A stretch of 64,000 nt of DNA from an uncultured Candidatus Saccharibacteria bacterium (GCA_964505635.1 CAZDIP010000002.1:165843-229842), one strand, 5' to 3'. Counted from the first letter of the stretch, positions 29,365-38,704 are shown. Program-made: numbers and translations. Notes: generated by a model from the letters alone, not told the origin.

Positions 29365-29412
29365 AGTTTGCAAATTAATACTTATGTATTTTAGCCTAAA
29401 ATTTAATAAATT

Positions 29413-29470
29413 AAAAACCCCTTTTATGGGTTTCTGGCCGTCAGGCCTAAAAGAAACCAAAGGGGTTTTT
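29413..29470. terminator. large nested hairpin (bidirectional terminator-like)
   Basis: aaaaaccccttt...gggtttct-ggcc-gtca-ggcc-taaa-agaaacc...aaaggggttttt perfectly nested stems. Confidence 0.5.
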
Positions 29471-29690
29471 AGGAAAAGCTTAAAGAAGAGCTTAAAACCT
29501 ATCCGAACCCGGATAGGCGATTACCCAGAAAATTAGGGTAATTATGCCGCTTAGCGCGGGTATTTTTTTTATTTCGTTGTTTTTTGTTTTTGTTTCTTCT
29601 TTAGCTGAGAAGAAATTTTATCCACCAAAGCTTTTGACCATGATGGAAGCTTTTCTATATATATATTATAGCAGATATTGAGTTTTTTGT

Positions 29691-30680
29691 CTATAGCGTG
29701 GTTATTGGTCTGCTTTGAGTAATGTAGAATTTTCCTTTTTCATAAGCCCATTCTATGTCTTGGGGGTTTTTGTAATGTTGCTCAATTTTTTTACATACCT
29801 TGGCCAATTCTACAATTTGTTTGCCGCTAAGTTTTTGTTTTCCGCCAATTTTTTCCGCCAATTTTTTTTGTATATTTCCTTTTGAAGTTTTAGCAATCAT
29901 CATACTCTGCCGGGAAATATTTATGTCTAAAATGGAAAAATCTTTTTTGTGCACAATATAAGTGTCAGGTGTAATAAGTCCTCCAACAATAGCCTCGCCA
30001 AGTCCAAAGCCTGCTTCTATAACCATCTGGTCATAATCTTTGGTAACCGGATGTACGGTAAAGCTAATTCCGCTTACTTCGCTTTGGACCATTTTTTGCA
30101 CCACCACTGCCACGGAAACTTTGGTTTTATGAAGTTTTTTTTCAAACCTGTAAAATATAGCCCTTGGGGTAAACAAGGAAGACCAACATTTCTTTACCTG
30201 TTTTATTACATCTTTTTCTGTAACGTTTAAATAGGTTTCCAATTCCCCTGCCCAGGAAGCGACCTTGCTGTCCTCTGCCGTGGCGCTGGATCTGACCGCC
30301 ACTAGTTGTAGTAATCCCCTCCTAGAATAGGAGGGGTGTCTCGCTAAACGGGACGGGGTGGTATTAAATAATTTATCATAAGCTTCCATAATCCCTTTTT
30401 GTAAATCTTTAGGCATATCAACGTCTAAAATCATCCTTCTTATTTCCGCACTAGCTTTGTCTACTGAATTTATGTCTTTATGGTTTACTTTTTTTTGTAC
30501 GGATTCTATTTCTGCGTCTAAGTCTGTTTCTTTTAAAAATTGGTCAAAGGCTGAGGCCAGCACAACAAAGCCCGGCGGCACGGACATTCCTGCCCCTGTC
30601 ATCTCTCCCAAAGAAGCGCCTTTACCACCTGCAATCGCGACATCTTTTTTTGAAAGTTGTTTAAAAGTTTTTATAAACAT
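29691..30680 (-). CDS. stand-alone PEP-utilising-enzyme ATP-grasp module (PPDK_N domain only)
   Basis: KDVAIAGGKGASLGEM and VAVRSSATAED motifs of the PpsA/RPH ATP-binding domain; no His-swivel or PEP/pyruvate domain. Confidence 0.8.
   Translation of the reverse strand: MFIKTFKQLSKKDVAIAGGKGASLGEMTGAGMSVPPGFVVLASAFDQFLKETDLDAEIESVQKKVNHKDINSVDKASAEIRRMILDVDMPKDLQKGIMEAYDKLFNTTPSRLARHPSYSRRGLLQLVAVRSSATAEDSKVASWAGELETYLNVTEKDVIKQVKKCWSSLFTPRAIFYRFEKKLHKTKVSVAVVVQKMVQSEVSGISFTVHPVTKDYDQMVIEAGFGLGEAIVGGLITPDTYIVHKKDFSILDINISRQSMMIAKTSKGNIQKKLAEKIGGKQKLSGKQIVELAKVCKKIEQHYKNPQDIEWAYEKGKFYITQSRPITTL
30299..30368. repeat. GC-rich palindromic in-frame insertion inside ATP-grasp gene
   Basis: CCCCTCCT-agaat-AGGAGGGG inverted repeat (30316-30336) encoding extra residues before the conserved VAVRSSATAED. 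Confidence 0.4.
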
Positions 30681-30685
30681 AAAAA

Positions 30686-31747
30686 TTATTTTATTTTTGT
30701 AATAATCCCCTTGTTTGCATCTACCTCAATTATATCACCATCTTTTAGTACTTTGGTGGCTATTTTAGTGCCAATTATGCAAGGTTTTTTTATTTCACGA
30801 GCAGTGATAGCTGCATGTGACAAAATTCCTCCTGCGTCAGTTACAAATGCGGCGGCCTTATGCATAATAGGTAAAAATTCAGGCCGCGTAGCGCCAGTAA
30901 CTAAAATATCGCCAACTTTAAAATCCGTAGCCTTTTTTGGATTTATAACAATTTTAACTTTGCCAACAATTTTACCCGGATAAGCTACGCTGCCTTTCAA
31001 TTCTTTTAAGTTTTGTTTTGAGACTAATAGGCTTTCAACTTTTTTGATGGTTTGATCAGTATAAAATTCATAGCCAACTTTAGTGGCTAATAATATTGCT
31101 TTTTTATCTCGCTTATTTAATTCTTCTATTTTTGGTAATTTGGCAGTGTTAAAATATTCAGCTAACTCTTCTTTTGTTAAGCACAATAATAAATTATATT
31201 TATATTTTATTTTTTTTCCCAGAAGCTTAGTAAAACTAATCATAAAATCCTCGGTTCGATTTAAGACAGGTTCGGCTGCTAATCTGGCAGATTGCAAGGC
31301 AGGCAAATATTTTTTTAGTAAATTAGGCTGTAAATAATCAACAACATATTTTATATTAATGTGTGGATGGTAATAAGCCAGAAGTTTTTTCCAGAAAGTA
31401 AAATAAAGCTTGAGCGTAGGTTTTGAAGATTCGTGCGCATTTATAAATTTTAAAAAGCTTTTGGCTTGTTGTTTTAAGCGGCGGGCTATAACCAACGCAT
31501 GCCGTGGATTTTTTTCTATCTGATTGGCTAAATATTTACCCAAACGGTCGCGGTCAGTTTGGCGCATCCAGCCGGCGCTTCTACCATGAGAAATAAAAAT
31601 TATTGATTGGCTTTTAAAAGGATGCCCACCAAAAATTAATTCTTTGGTGTACTGATTTATAAAATGAGTGCTGGTTAAAAAACTCCAACGTCCGTCGTAA
31701 ATTTTAACCCAGTCATTGTGAATAAAAGATTTTAGATTAAATTTCAT
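30686..31747 (-). CDS. PEP-utilising-enzyme mobile (phospho-His swivel) domain protein, paralog A (short N-terminal region)
   Basis: C-terminal [22 protein letters not shown] with conserved catalytic His. Confidence 0.75.
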   Translation of the reverse strand: MKFNLKSFIHNDWVKIYDGRWSFLTSTHFINQYTKELIFGGHPFKSQSIIFISHGRSAGWMRQTDRDRLGKYLANQIEKNPRHALVIARRLKQQAKSFLKFINAHESSKPTLKLYFTFWKKLLAYYHPHINIKYVVDYLQPNLLKKYLPALQSARLAAEPVLNRTEDFMISFTKLLGKKIKYKYNLLLCLTKEELAEYFNTAKLPKIEELNKRDKKAILLATKVGYEFYTDQTIKKVESLLVSKQNLKELKGSVAYPGKIVGKVKIVINPKKATDFKVGDILVTGATRPEFLPIMHKAAAFVTDAGGILSHAAITAREIKKPCIIGTKIATKVLKDGDIIEVDANKGIITKIK

Positions 31748-33186
31748 TTTATTTTCCTAACAATCCCTTTATCTGCATCTATCTGAATTATATCACCATC
31801 TTTAAACACCTTGGTAGCAAACTTGGTACCGACAATACAGGGTTTATGGAGTTCACGCGAGACGATGGCCGCATGACAGGTAATACCTCCAATGTCTGTT
31901 ACTATTGCTTTAGAGAGTTTCATAATCGGCAAATAATTGGGGTCGGTCATGCGAGTTATAAGTATTTCCCCGGGTTTAAAATTAACAGAATCCTTACTGT
32001 CCAGAATTATTTTTACCCTTCCCTTAACCCGACCTGGATAAGCTAATTCGCCCGTTAGCCTCTTGGTGGATTTGATTTTTGGCAAAAGTTTGATGATTTT
32101 AGAAAATTCGCTTTCTGCTTTTTCGCCAACATACTCATTTATTTTAGGCCTTTTAAATACAACAAGCACTCTCTTATACTTGTTGTTAATTTTTTCTATA
32201 TCTAATTTTGACTTAAATAGCCCAGACACCTTATTTGGAGGAATAACCCTCATTTGATTTAACGAGAGGTTTAAGCGAATACCGATCTCAGTCATTATTT
32301 TATCCGCTAAAAAATAGGTTAAAGAATGTGCGTCTACTCGTTTTGCTTTTAAATCTACAAGCATTCTCAGCATAATTGAAAATTTTTTTTGAGACCCTTC
32401 AAATTTGGTAAGAATATTTGCTTGCTTAATCAGCAAATTTTTTTTGCTGTTAAACCTAACGCCAATATTTTTTAGGATCCTAGGATTTTTTGCGGCAATA
32501 ATAAAATTTGTTTTAAAATATTCTTCGCTTAAAGCCGGTCCCGCCCACCCGTACGTCATCCAGCTGTATTTGACGCAGTGTTTTTTTAATATATTTTTTT
32601 GTTCTGCTATAAATTTCCCGTATTTCTTAAAAAGAGTTAAAAGATCTAAATCTTGTTGTTCAGCTCGGGAGCTGTAATGGCTTGTTGTGAGAACAGTGAA
32701 TACGGAGTTTAATTTTGAAATAGAATACCTGGTAAGTATTATGTCTTTAACATAATCTGTTAAAAAAGAATTTGATAATTCAAGAATGTTTGGAATTTGA
32801 CCTCGTCTCCATAAAGTTTCATCTAACTCAAATAGTTCTTTATGGTATTCTAAAAGCCCTTTATTATCAAGCTTAGAAAAATTAATTTTTGTCCATTTTT
32901 TTTCTAAATCAAGAATTTTATCTGCCGCAATATTTATTTCATTCAATACATTTAATAATAAGCCCGGGTTTGTCTTAATTTTAGTTAAAAATTTTTTACC
33001 TGCTTGTGTATACTCTTGTCTGTTAAAATAGTATGCTTCGGTGCCTTGAGAAAAGGTCGCCGCTATAGTATTTACCTCGCATCCGTATTTTTTGAAATCA
33101 TAAAGCCAGGCCTTAAGAGGAGCCAGTCCTTGGTACCAATAAAACCCCGGCCACTCCCAAGCAAATAATTCGGATGATTTTTTCAT
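31744..33186 (-). CDS. substrate-binding-like region + phospho-His swivel domain protein, paralog B
   Basis: C-terminal [22 protein letters not shown]; N-terminal region homologous to paralogs C and D ([12 protein letters not shown]). Confidence 0.75.
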   Translation of the reverse strand: MKKSSELFAWEWPGFYWYQGLAPLKAWLYDFKKYGCEVNTIAATFSQGTEAYYFNRQEYTQAGKKFLTKIKTNPGLLLNVLNEINIAADKILDLEKKWTKINFSKLDNKGLLEYHKELFELDETLWRRGQIPNILELSNSFLTDYVKDIILTRYSISKLNSVFTVLTTSHYSSRAEQQDLDLLTLFKKYGKFIAEQKNILKKHCVKYSWMTYGWAGPALSEEYFKTNFIIAAKNPRILKNIGVRFNSKKNLLIKQANILTKFEGSQKKFSIMLRMLVDLKAKRVDAHSLTYFLADKIMTEIGIRLNLSLNQMRVIPPNKVSGLFKSKLDIEKINNKYKRVLVVFKRPKINEYVGEKAESEFSKIIKLLPKIKSTKRLTGELAYPGRVKGRVKIILDSKDSVNFKPGEILITRMTDPNYLPIMKLSKAIVTDIGGITCHAAIVSRELHKPCIVGTKFATKVFKDGDIIQIDADKGIVRKIK

Positions 33187-33187
33187 A

Positions 33188-34687
33188 TTATATTTTCCTC
33201 ACGATTCCCTTATTTGCATCCACCTCCACCATATCCCCGTCTTTCAGTACCTTGGTCGCGAATTTGGTGCCAATTATGCAGGGCTTTTTCATTTCTCTGG
33301 CTACAATAGCCGCGTGGGAAGTTATGCCTCCCTGGTCGGTTACAAAGGCGTTGGCTCTATACATGGCAGGCAAAAAGTCGGGATTGGTGGAAAGGGCAAC
33401 TAAAATATCCCCATGCTGGACTTTGTTTAGGTCTTTGGCAGTAAAAACCAATTTGGCTTTACCAATGGCTTTGCCTAAAAAAGCAGCTTGGCCATGAAGT
33501 TCGGAAGCATCTGATACTTCTTCAGGCAGTACCAAACGCCTTAGTACCTTTTTTGCTGTTTTTATAGTATAAAATTTGCGGCTTTTTGGTGTTATTACTT
33601 CCACCACATATTTTGTCCGCCCTAAAATAGTTTTTTTATTAACTTTTTTTCCACTTAATATTTTTAAAATTTCTTCGCGGGTACAGTAACATAAAAATTT
33701 AGGCGGCAATTTTAAACGCGTAGAAAGTTCAGAAAAAATAATATCTGAAATATAGGAAAAATAATGCCTTATACCTACACGGTAGATTTTAAGACAGCTA
33801 AATTGCCTGGCTGCTTCAAATAATATTTTTTCTTTGGCAATAAATTTTAACTGCCTGGTTAATTTTATTTGGTCTGCTTTTAGTTTTTTTAGGAAGTTGC
33901 CATGGTCGTTGAGTTGTTTTTTTAAGCCGGCTTTATTTGTAAAGATTTTTTCCAGGCGAATAATAAAATCTTTGGGTTCCACAATCGGGCCTTGGTAGCC
34001 ATAATGAAGCCAAATATATTTTTGGGTATGGTTTGCAAAATCCGGGGAATTTATTGCCGCATCTAGCCGCTTGTATTTAAAAGCTATTTCCAGTAAATCT
34101 TTTTGTTCCTGCCAAAACAGGGTTTCATCAGCCGGTGTAATTAGGGTATTTAAAATGTTTTGAATATTGTTTTCGGCAACATCGTGTACCCGCAAGGCTG
34201 AAATTAATTTTTTGGTTAAATAATTATGTTCAAAGTCGCTTAAAACAGGAATACTGCCTATTGCGTTTAATTCTAAATATGGCTTCCACATGGCTTTTAA
34301 CCAAGCTTTAATTTGCGCCAAACTTTTTTGCTCAAGGTTTGCGTGTTCAATTTTTTGGCACAATGCCATTATTTCTTCGCCATTTTTTATATGTTCGGAA
34401 TTAAGTTTTTTTAATGACAGTTGTCCGTTTTCCAAACGTTTTATGCAAGCCATGCCCATAGTATTCCAATTAGCCAAATTAAAACCGTATCTCAGTGATT
34501 CGTTTTTTATTTCCATTAATCCCGCGCTAAAACCTACCCCTAAATATTTTTTTACATGCGGTAAAAACATAAAAGCATCTGAAACCATTGAGATGGCAAA
34601 ATAATTGACGTTATTTTCTTCTACCAAAATTTTAATTGATTGTGGTTCCATAAATTTAAATCTTTTTAACAGTCCCCTTATTAGCAT
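33188..34687 (-). CDS. substrate-binding-like region + phospho-His swivel domain protein, paralog C
   Basis: C-terminal [22 protein letters not shown]; likely true start at MEPQSIK (34651), overlapping the stop of paralog D. Confidence 0.75.
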   Translation of the reverse strand: MLIRGLLKRFKFMEPQSIKILVEENNVNYFAISMVSDAFMFLPHVKKYLGVGFSAGLMEIKNESLRYGFNLANWNTMGMACIKRLENGQLSLKKLNSEHIKNGEEIMALCQKIEHANLEQKSLAQIKAWLKAMWKPYLELNAIGSIPVLSDFEHNYLTKKLISALRVHDVAENNIQNILNTLITPADETLFWQEQKDLLEIAFKYKRLDAAINSPDFANHTQKYIWLHYGYQGPIVEPKDFIIRLEKIFTNKAGLKKQLNDHGNFLKKLKADQIKLTRQLKFIAKEKILFEAARQFSCLKIYRVGIRHYFSYISDIIFSELSTRLKLPPKFLCYCTREEILKILSGKKVNKKTILGRTKYVVEVITPKSRKFYTIKTAKKVLRRLVLPEEVSDASELHGQAAFLGKAIGKAKLVFTAKDLNKVQHGDILVALSTNPDFLPAMYRANAFVTDQGGITSHAAIVAREMKKPCIIGTKFATKVLKDGDMVEVDANKGIVRKI

Positions 34688-36170
34688 CCACTTCCACCAT
34701 ATCCCCGTCCTTAAAAACTTTGGTAGCGATTTTAGTGCCTATAACACAAGGAATACCTAGTTCACGGCTAACAATAGCCGCGTGGGAAGTTATACCTCCC
34801 TGCTCGGTTACAATTGCCGCAGCCTTTTTCATTGCTGGGACAATGTCCGGGTCAGTCGCCACGGAAACTAAAATATCGCCTTTGTTAAACTTGGCCATAT
34901 CTTTGGCTCGAAAAATCTTTTTCACCACGCCTTTGGCAAAACCCGGCTGCGCGGTTTGCCCGACTACTTCGGTAATGCCCTCGGCCGAAAACTTTTTAAA
35001 AGTTTTAATTATATTTTTAGCTTTCTTGCCAACATACAAAGTTTCAAAGTCTTTTTCCGTGTACAGTATGCATTCCGTCATACACTGGTTTATAAATTTT
35101 TTGTTGATTTTGCCATATATCAAAGCCTGTTTAACTTGATCCATAAGCATAAATTGTACCTCAAAGCGATTTAATTTAAGCCTCTTGGCAATTTCAGGTA
35201 AAAGCGTTTTATGCATTAAGTACAAATGTAAAAGCTGGGCATGGCGGCGGTAAAGCTTGGTAATGGCAAAGCCTCGCGCTGTCTTAAACTGTGTTTGGTA
35301 AAGGCGGCCGATTTTTAATTTTTTTATTAAAACTTTTTGCTGCGCATGCGCTGCTTTAAGCTGGCTTTTTTCTTTTTGTAAAATTTTATCTCCGCCTACG
35401 CCTGTTTCAAAAATTTCCAGCATCTCATTAAAGTAATGCTTTTCAGAAAAAGGTTTGACATTACCCGCGTAAATATAACCCAAGTGACCCCATTTTTGGC
35501 TGTGTGCTAAAAGTGTTATTTTAAGTTCTGTCGAAAGCTTTTTTAGTTTTATATCTTTGAAAAATATATTGTAAATTTTTAAAAATTCTTCCCGCTCTTT
35601 AGCGACAATGGTTTTTTGCGTGGGCGTAGTGAGAGTAATAAAAGCATTTTCTGCTTCTTCCTTACTTGCGCACACACCATACAAATAGCTTTTTAGTTTT
35701 TTGGTAAAATTGTTATGGAACATGTCTACAGCCACCGGCAGCCAGCCATAAGTGTAAAGCTTGGTGTGTATTTGATCCTGCTTTTTATAGATTTCCCAGA
35801 GTTGCCTGTTAGAAAGTTTGGTTAAATCTTTGGCCGCGATACTTTTTGAATAAATTATAAGTTTGTCCGACCATTTAACAATGTTGTCGTTTAATTCTTT
35901 TCCTAGAGATGGTTTTTTAAATAAGGCTTTTAGGATATTCTCGGCCACTTCCAAACTGTCGCGTTCGCCAAAGTAAAAATGCATTAAAAATTTTTTATAA
36001 TGCGTTACCACCCGCTTGTAATTTTTTATAAATTTATAGCTGGTGTTGCTGCAAAAGCAGGACATAGGCACCTGAAAGAAAAAGACGTCGGAGTCCGGAA
36101 TTTGTTCAGCAAGCATCCATTCGTCCGGATGCTGTAAAAATTTAGGAGTAACTTTTTTCATAGTCGTCAT
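34656..36170 (-). CDS. substrate-binding-like region + phospho-His swivel domain protein, paralog D
   Basis: C-terminal [22 protein letters not shown]; first gene of the operon. Confidence 0.75.
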   Translation of the reverse strand: MTTMKKVTPKFLQHPDEWMLAEQIPDSDVFFFQVPMSCFCSNTSYKFIKNYKRVVTHYKKFLMHFYFGERDSLEVAENILKALFKKPSLGKELNDNIVKWSDKLIIYSKSIAAKDLTKLSNRQLWEIYKKQDQIHTKLYTYGWLPVAVDMFHNNFTKKLKSYLYGVCASKEEAENAFITLTTPTQKTIVAKEREEFLKIYNIFFKDIKLKKLSTELKITLLAHSQKWGHLGYIYAGNVKPFSEKHYFNEMLEIFETGVGGDKILQKEKSQLKAAHAQQKVLIKKLKIGRLYQTQFKTARGFAITKLYRRHAQLLHLYLMHKTLLPEIAKRLKLNRFEVQFMLMDQVKQALIYGKINKKFINQCMTECILYTEKDFETLYVGKKAKNIIKTFKKFSAEGITEVVGQTAQPGFAKGVVKKIFRAKDMAKFNKGDILVSVATDPDIVPAMKKAAAIVTEQGGITSHAAIVSRELGIPCVIGTKIATKVFKDGDMVEVDANKGTVKKI

Positions 36171-36395
36171 TGCGATCCCGATAAGGTCGGGAGAAACAAT
36201 CTATAAAAAGTAATTGATTTTTACTGCCTTAAACTTACCTTAAATATAGCAAATATCTATAAAAAACGTGAGTCTAAAAACCCATTCCGAGCGAAGAGAG
36301 GAATCCCTTTATGTAACAATTCCCTAATATTTTAAAGCGATACTTCACTTCATTCTGTATGGTTACTCGGGGTTTGGGATTTATACCAAAAACTA

Positions 36396-36424
36396 TTGAC
36401 AAAAAGTATAGAAAATGATATAAT
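36396..36424 (+). promoter_or_regulatory. near-consensus sigma70 promoter
   Basis: TTGACA - 17 nt - TATAAT; ~270 nt upstream of the next CDS. Confidence 0.45.
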
Positions 36425-36698
36425 ATATTGTTATATTTTGTGGCTGTTGGTGCCAATTTTGGCGCTTTTACTCAAATATAACCGGTGGTTCTTTAACAAT
36501 TGGTTGTTGGTTGAGCAAATTACAGCCATCTAAATCACATATGACTTCTTAGGTCTATTGAATAGAAAATTAGAAAGCATCTTCTCCACAAGGTCGAAGA
36601 GTATTTTTGTTTTTTCGGACACAGCGAATAGTGGTTAAATTTTAACCCCTGCCTGCTATGTCCGAATTCTGTTGGAAATTTCTGTTAGGAGAAAGACA

Positions 36699-37307
36699 AT
36701 GAAACGTTTGTACTATTTCCGCCATTCCATCAAGGACGGAGAGGCGAGCACGCTCGGGCCCAAGGGGCTTGAACTCGCCAATTTGGTTGGCGCGTGGGTT
36801 TTCTGCCACGACCATGAGTTTGACCCCGCTCTGGTGTTCACCGGTCCTCTTGTCAGAACGGTTCAAACCGCCTACGCTTTCATGCAAGGCGTGTCCAAGA
36901 GGTGCGGTGGCTCGATGCCTATACTCATGCCTGCCATTCCCGAAATCGGCGACGACGCACTCTTTGCCGAAATGGTGAAGCCTGCTGAACAGTTCCGCGC
37001 CCTGGCAGGCGAGATGGGCAATTACCGCGCATTACTGACATGCCACGACGGCGACGTTGTGGACTTCTGGATTGTGCGCGCCATGGAGGGGCTCAAAAAG
37101 ATGGTCGGTGCGATGGAGGAAGTGAACTGCGCAGTGGTGTTTGGTCATTCTCCGATCATTGAATTGACATTGGCCGGCATCCTCGGAAAACAGCTCCCCG
37201 AGGAACTTCTGACTTTTTCGGAAATGGAAGGTGTGCTGTTGACCGTTGACGGCGACGGCAAAGTCAACGTCATAGTCCACAAGATCTCCATGCCCGCGCA
37301 GGCCTAA
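36699..37307 (+). CDS. histidine phosphatase superfamily (phosphoglycerate-mutase-like) protein, GC-rich
   Basis: LYYFRHSIKDGEAS (RHG-type motif) and FGHSP; RBS aggagaaagacaATG; GC content much higher than flanks. Confidence 0.5.
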   Translation: MKRLYYFRHSIKDGEASTLGPKGLELANLVGAWVFCHDHEFDPALVFTGPLVRTVQTAYAFMQGVSKRCGGSMPILMPAIPEIGDDALFAEMVKPAEQFRALAGEMGNYRALLTCHDGDVVDFWIVRAMEGLKKMVGAMEEVNCAVVFGHSPIIELTLAGILGKQLPEELLTFSEMEGVLLTVDGDGKVNVIVHKISMPAQA

Positions 37308-37340
37308 CCACAACCACAACAACCAACCCACCGCAAATTC

Positions 37341-37391
37341 GCGGGCAGAAGGGCGTCCATCCTAGGACGCTTTCACTTCTGCCCGCTTTTC
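37341..37391 (+). terminator. rho-independent terminator
   Basis: gcgggcagaag...cttctgcccgc 11-bp stem with nested ggcgtcc/ggacgc hairpin followed by tttt. Confidence 0.55.
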
Positions 37392-37459
37392 ATTTGCCTT
37401 TATATTTTTACTTTTATAACTTCTGCACTCTATATCTGAAATTTAATGCTATAATACCT

Positions 37460-37493
37460 GTACCCGAAATTAACGGCCGTTAAAAAGAGGTAC
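37460..37493. promoter_or_regulatory. imperfect palindrome GTACCCGAAATTAACGGCCGTTAAAAAGAGGTAC overlapping promoter/RBS of the PaaX-like gene
   Basis: core TAACGGCCGTTA shared with the 34-bp perfect palindrome at 38053-38086; extended -10 (TGcTATAAT) at 37447-37455. Confidence 0.45.
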
Positions 37494-38024
37494 ATGGGAA
37501 AAAGTAAAAAAGAACTGACTTTAACCAGCAAGTTTTTATCGCATTTATATTTAGCGCACGACTTTTTGCTGCCTTTTGTATCCATCCCCGAATTTAAAAA
37601 ACGGGCCCTGTTTGGAAGTTACGGCAGTTACCGTTCGTCTGTTTACAAGCTTTATAAGCGGGGTTGGATAAAGTTTGTAAATAAAGACGCGCAAAGATTT
37701 ATCAAGTTAACCGGCAAAGGACAGTTGCGAGCTTTATTAGCTAAAGCAAAACACCCCCTGCCACAAAAGTGGGACGGCAAATGGCGGATGATTATTTTTG
37801 ACATCCCCGAAGAGGCTAAGGAATTAAGAAACCAGCTCAGGAATTTGTTGAAAGAAAATGATTTTTTCAAACTCCAGGCCAGTGTGTATGTAAATCCATA
37901 TTCCTTAAATCGGGAAGCCATTAAATATTTACAGGAGACAAAGCTTTTGCCGTATATAAGAATTTTAAAAATTGAGGAAGTTGATAATGACTCGGATTTA
38001 AAAAAACATTTTAACCTTGTTTAA
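37494..38024 (+). CDS. PaaX-like transcriptional regulator (short form: wHTH + PaaX_C-like region)
   Basis: KWDGKWRMIIFDIPEEAKELRNQLRNLLKENDFFKLQASVYV matches the W..G.W..V.FDIPE...R..LR..L...GF..L..SV pattern of the PaaX C-terminal region; N-terminal winged-helix-like segment. Confidence 0.5.
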   Translation: MGKSKKELTLTSKFLSHLYLAHDFLLPFVSIPEFKKRALFGSYGSYRSSVYKLYKRGWIKFVNKDAQRFIKLTGKGQLRALLAKAKHPLPQKWDGKWRMIIFDIPEEAKELRNQLRNLLKENDFFKLQASVYVNPYSLNREAIKYLQETKLLPYIRILKIEEVDNDSDLKKHFNLV

Positions 38025-38052
38025 AAAATTGACCAAAGACCAGGCGTAATTT

Positions 38053-38086
38053 GTACCCGTTTCTAACGGCCGTTAGAAACGGGTAC
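38053..38086. promoter_or_regulatory. perfect 34-bp palindrome GTACCCGTTTCTAACGGCCGTTAGAAACGGGTAC
   Basis: 15-bp arms around a GGCC centre; 28 nt downstream of the PaaX-like gene and ~35 nt upstream of the tRNA-Ile promoter. Confidence 0.5.
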
Positions 38087-38120
38087 AAAGGCTTTATATT
38101 TATTGTGATGGATTATGGCC

Positions 38121-38148
38121 TTGAAAATTCGTTTGCGCTGGGTTATAA
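38121..38148 (+). promoter_or_regulatory. sigma70-type promoter for tRNA-Ile
   Basis: TTGAAA - 17 nt - TATAAT ending 10 nt before the tRNA. Confidence 0.45.
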
Positions 38149-38158
38149 TATTTTTCAC

Positions 38159-38235
38159 GGGCGTGTAGCTCAGCTGGTTAGAGCACGAAGCTTATACCTT
38201 CGGGGTCCTAGGTTCAAATCCTAGCACGCCCACCA
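38159..38235 (+). tRNA. tRNA-Ile (anticodon UAU)
   Basis: cloverleaf: acceptor gggcgtg/cacgccc, anticodon loop cuUAUac, T-loop ttcaaat, encoded CCA. Confidence 0.8.
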
Positions 38236-38263
38236 GTAAGTAAAAAAACTGAGTTCGGGTAAT

Positions 38264-38647
38264 TTGAATTATAAAATTATGCACGAACATTGCTATCAGG
38301 TTGCTCCTTGCAAATGGTGCATGTTAGGTTCAAAAATTTTTGGACACGGCCTAACCAAGCTTTTGGGAAAAAAATGGCCCAGGCTTACACTTCCGCAAGT
38401 GACTCCAAATTTATCGGGCTTGGATTTGCAAATAGTCGGAGGTTTGGTTAACCGGGGTTTTACCGAGCATGACATAGACGTTATTGGCCAGGAAAGTGAT
38501 GTAAAGGTCTTGGCTAAAAGACTGTCTGAGGCGGGAATTTCTAATTTATTGCACTACTGCGGCCCAAAAGCCAGCAGCCATTCCCATTGGCGGGCTTTGA
38601 AAAACGGATTTTTGGTAACTTTTTTGGGGAATAAAATGTATTTATAA
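38264..38647 (+). CDS. hypothetical protein (Cys-cluster, possible minimal nucleotidyltransferase fold)
   Basis: CYQVAPCKWC and GGLVNRGFTEHDIDVIG. Confidence 0.3.
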   Translation: MNYKIMHEHCYQVAPCKWCMLGSKIFGHGLTKLLGKKWPRLTLPQVTPNLSGLDLQIVGGLVNRGFTEHDIDVIGQESDVKVLAKRLSEAGISNLLHYCGPKASSHSHWRALKNGFLVTFLGNKMYL

Positions 38648-38648
38648 T

Positions 38649-38677
38649 AAAACTCCTCCGCAAGAGCGGAGGAGTTT
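38649..38677. terminator. rho-independent terminator (shared by convergent genes)
   Basis: aaactcctccgc-aaga-gcggaggagtttt. Confidence 0.55.
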
Positions 38678-38704
38678 TGCGTAATACGTTATACCTAATA
38701 CTTT

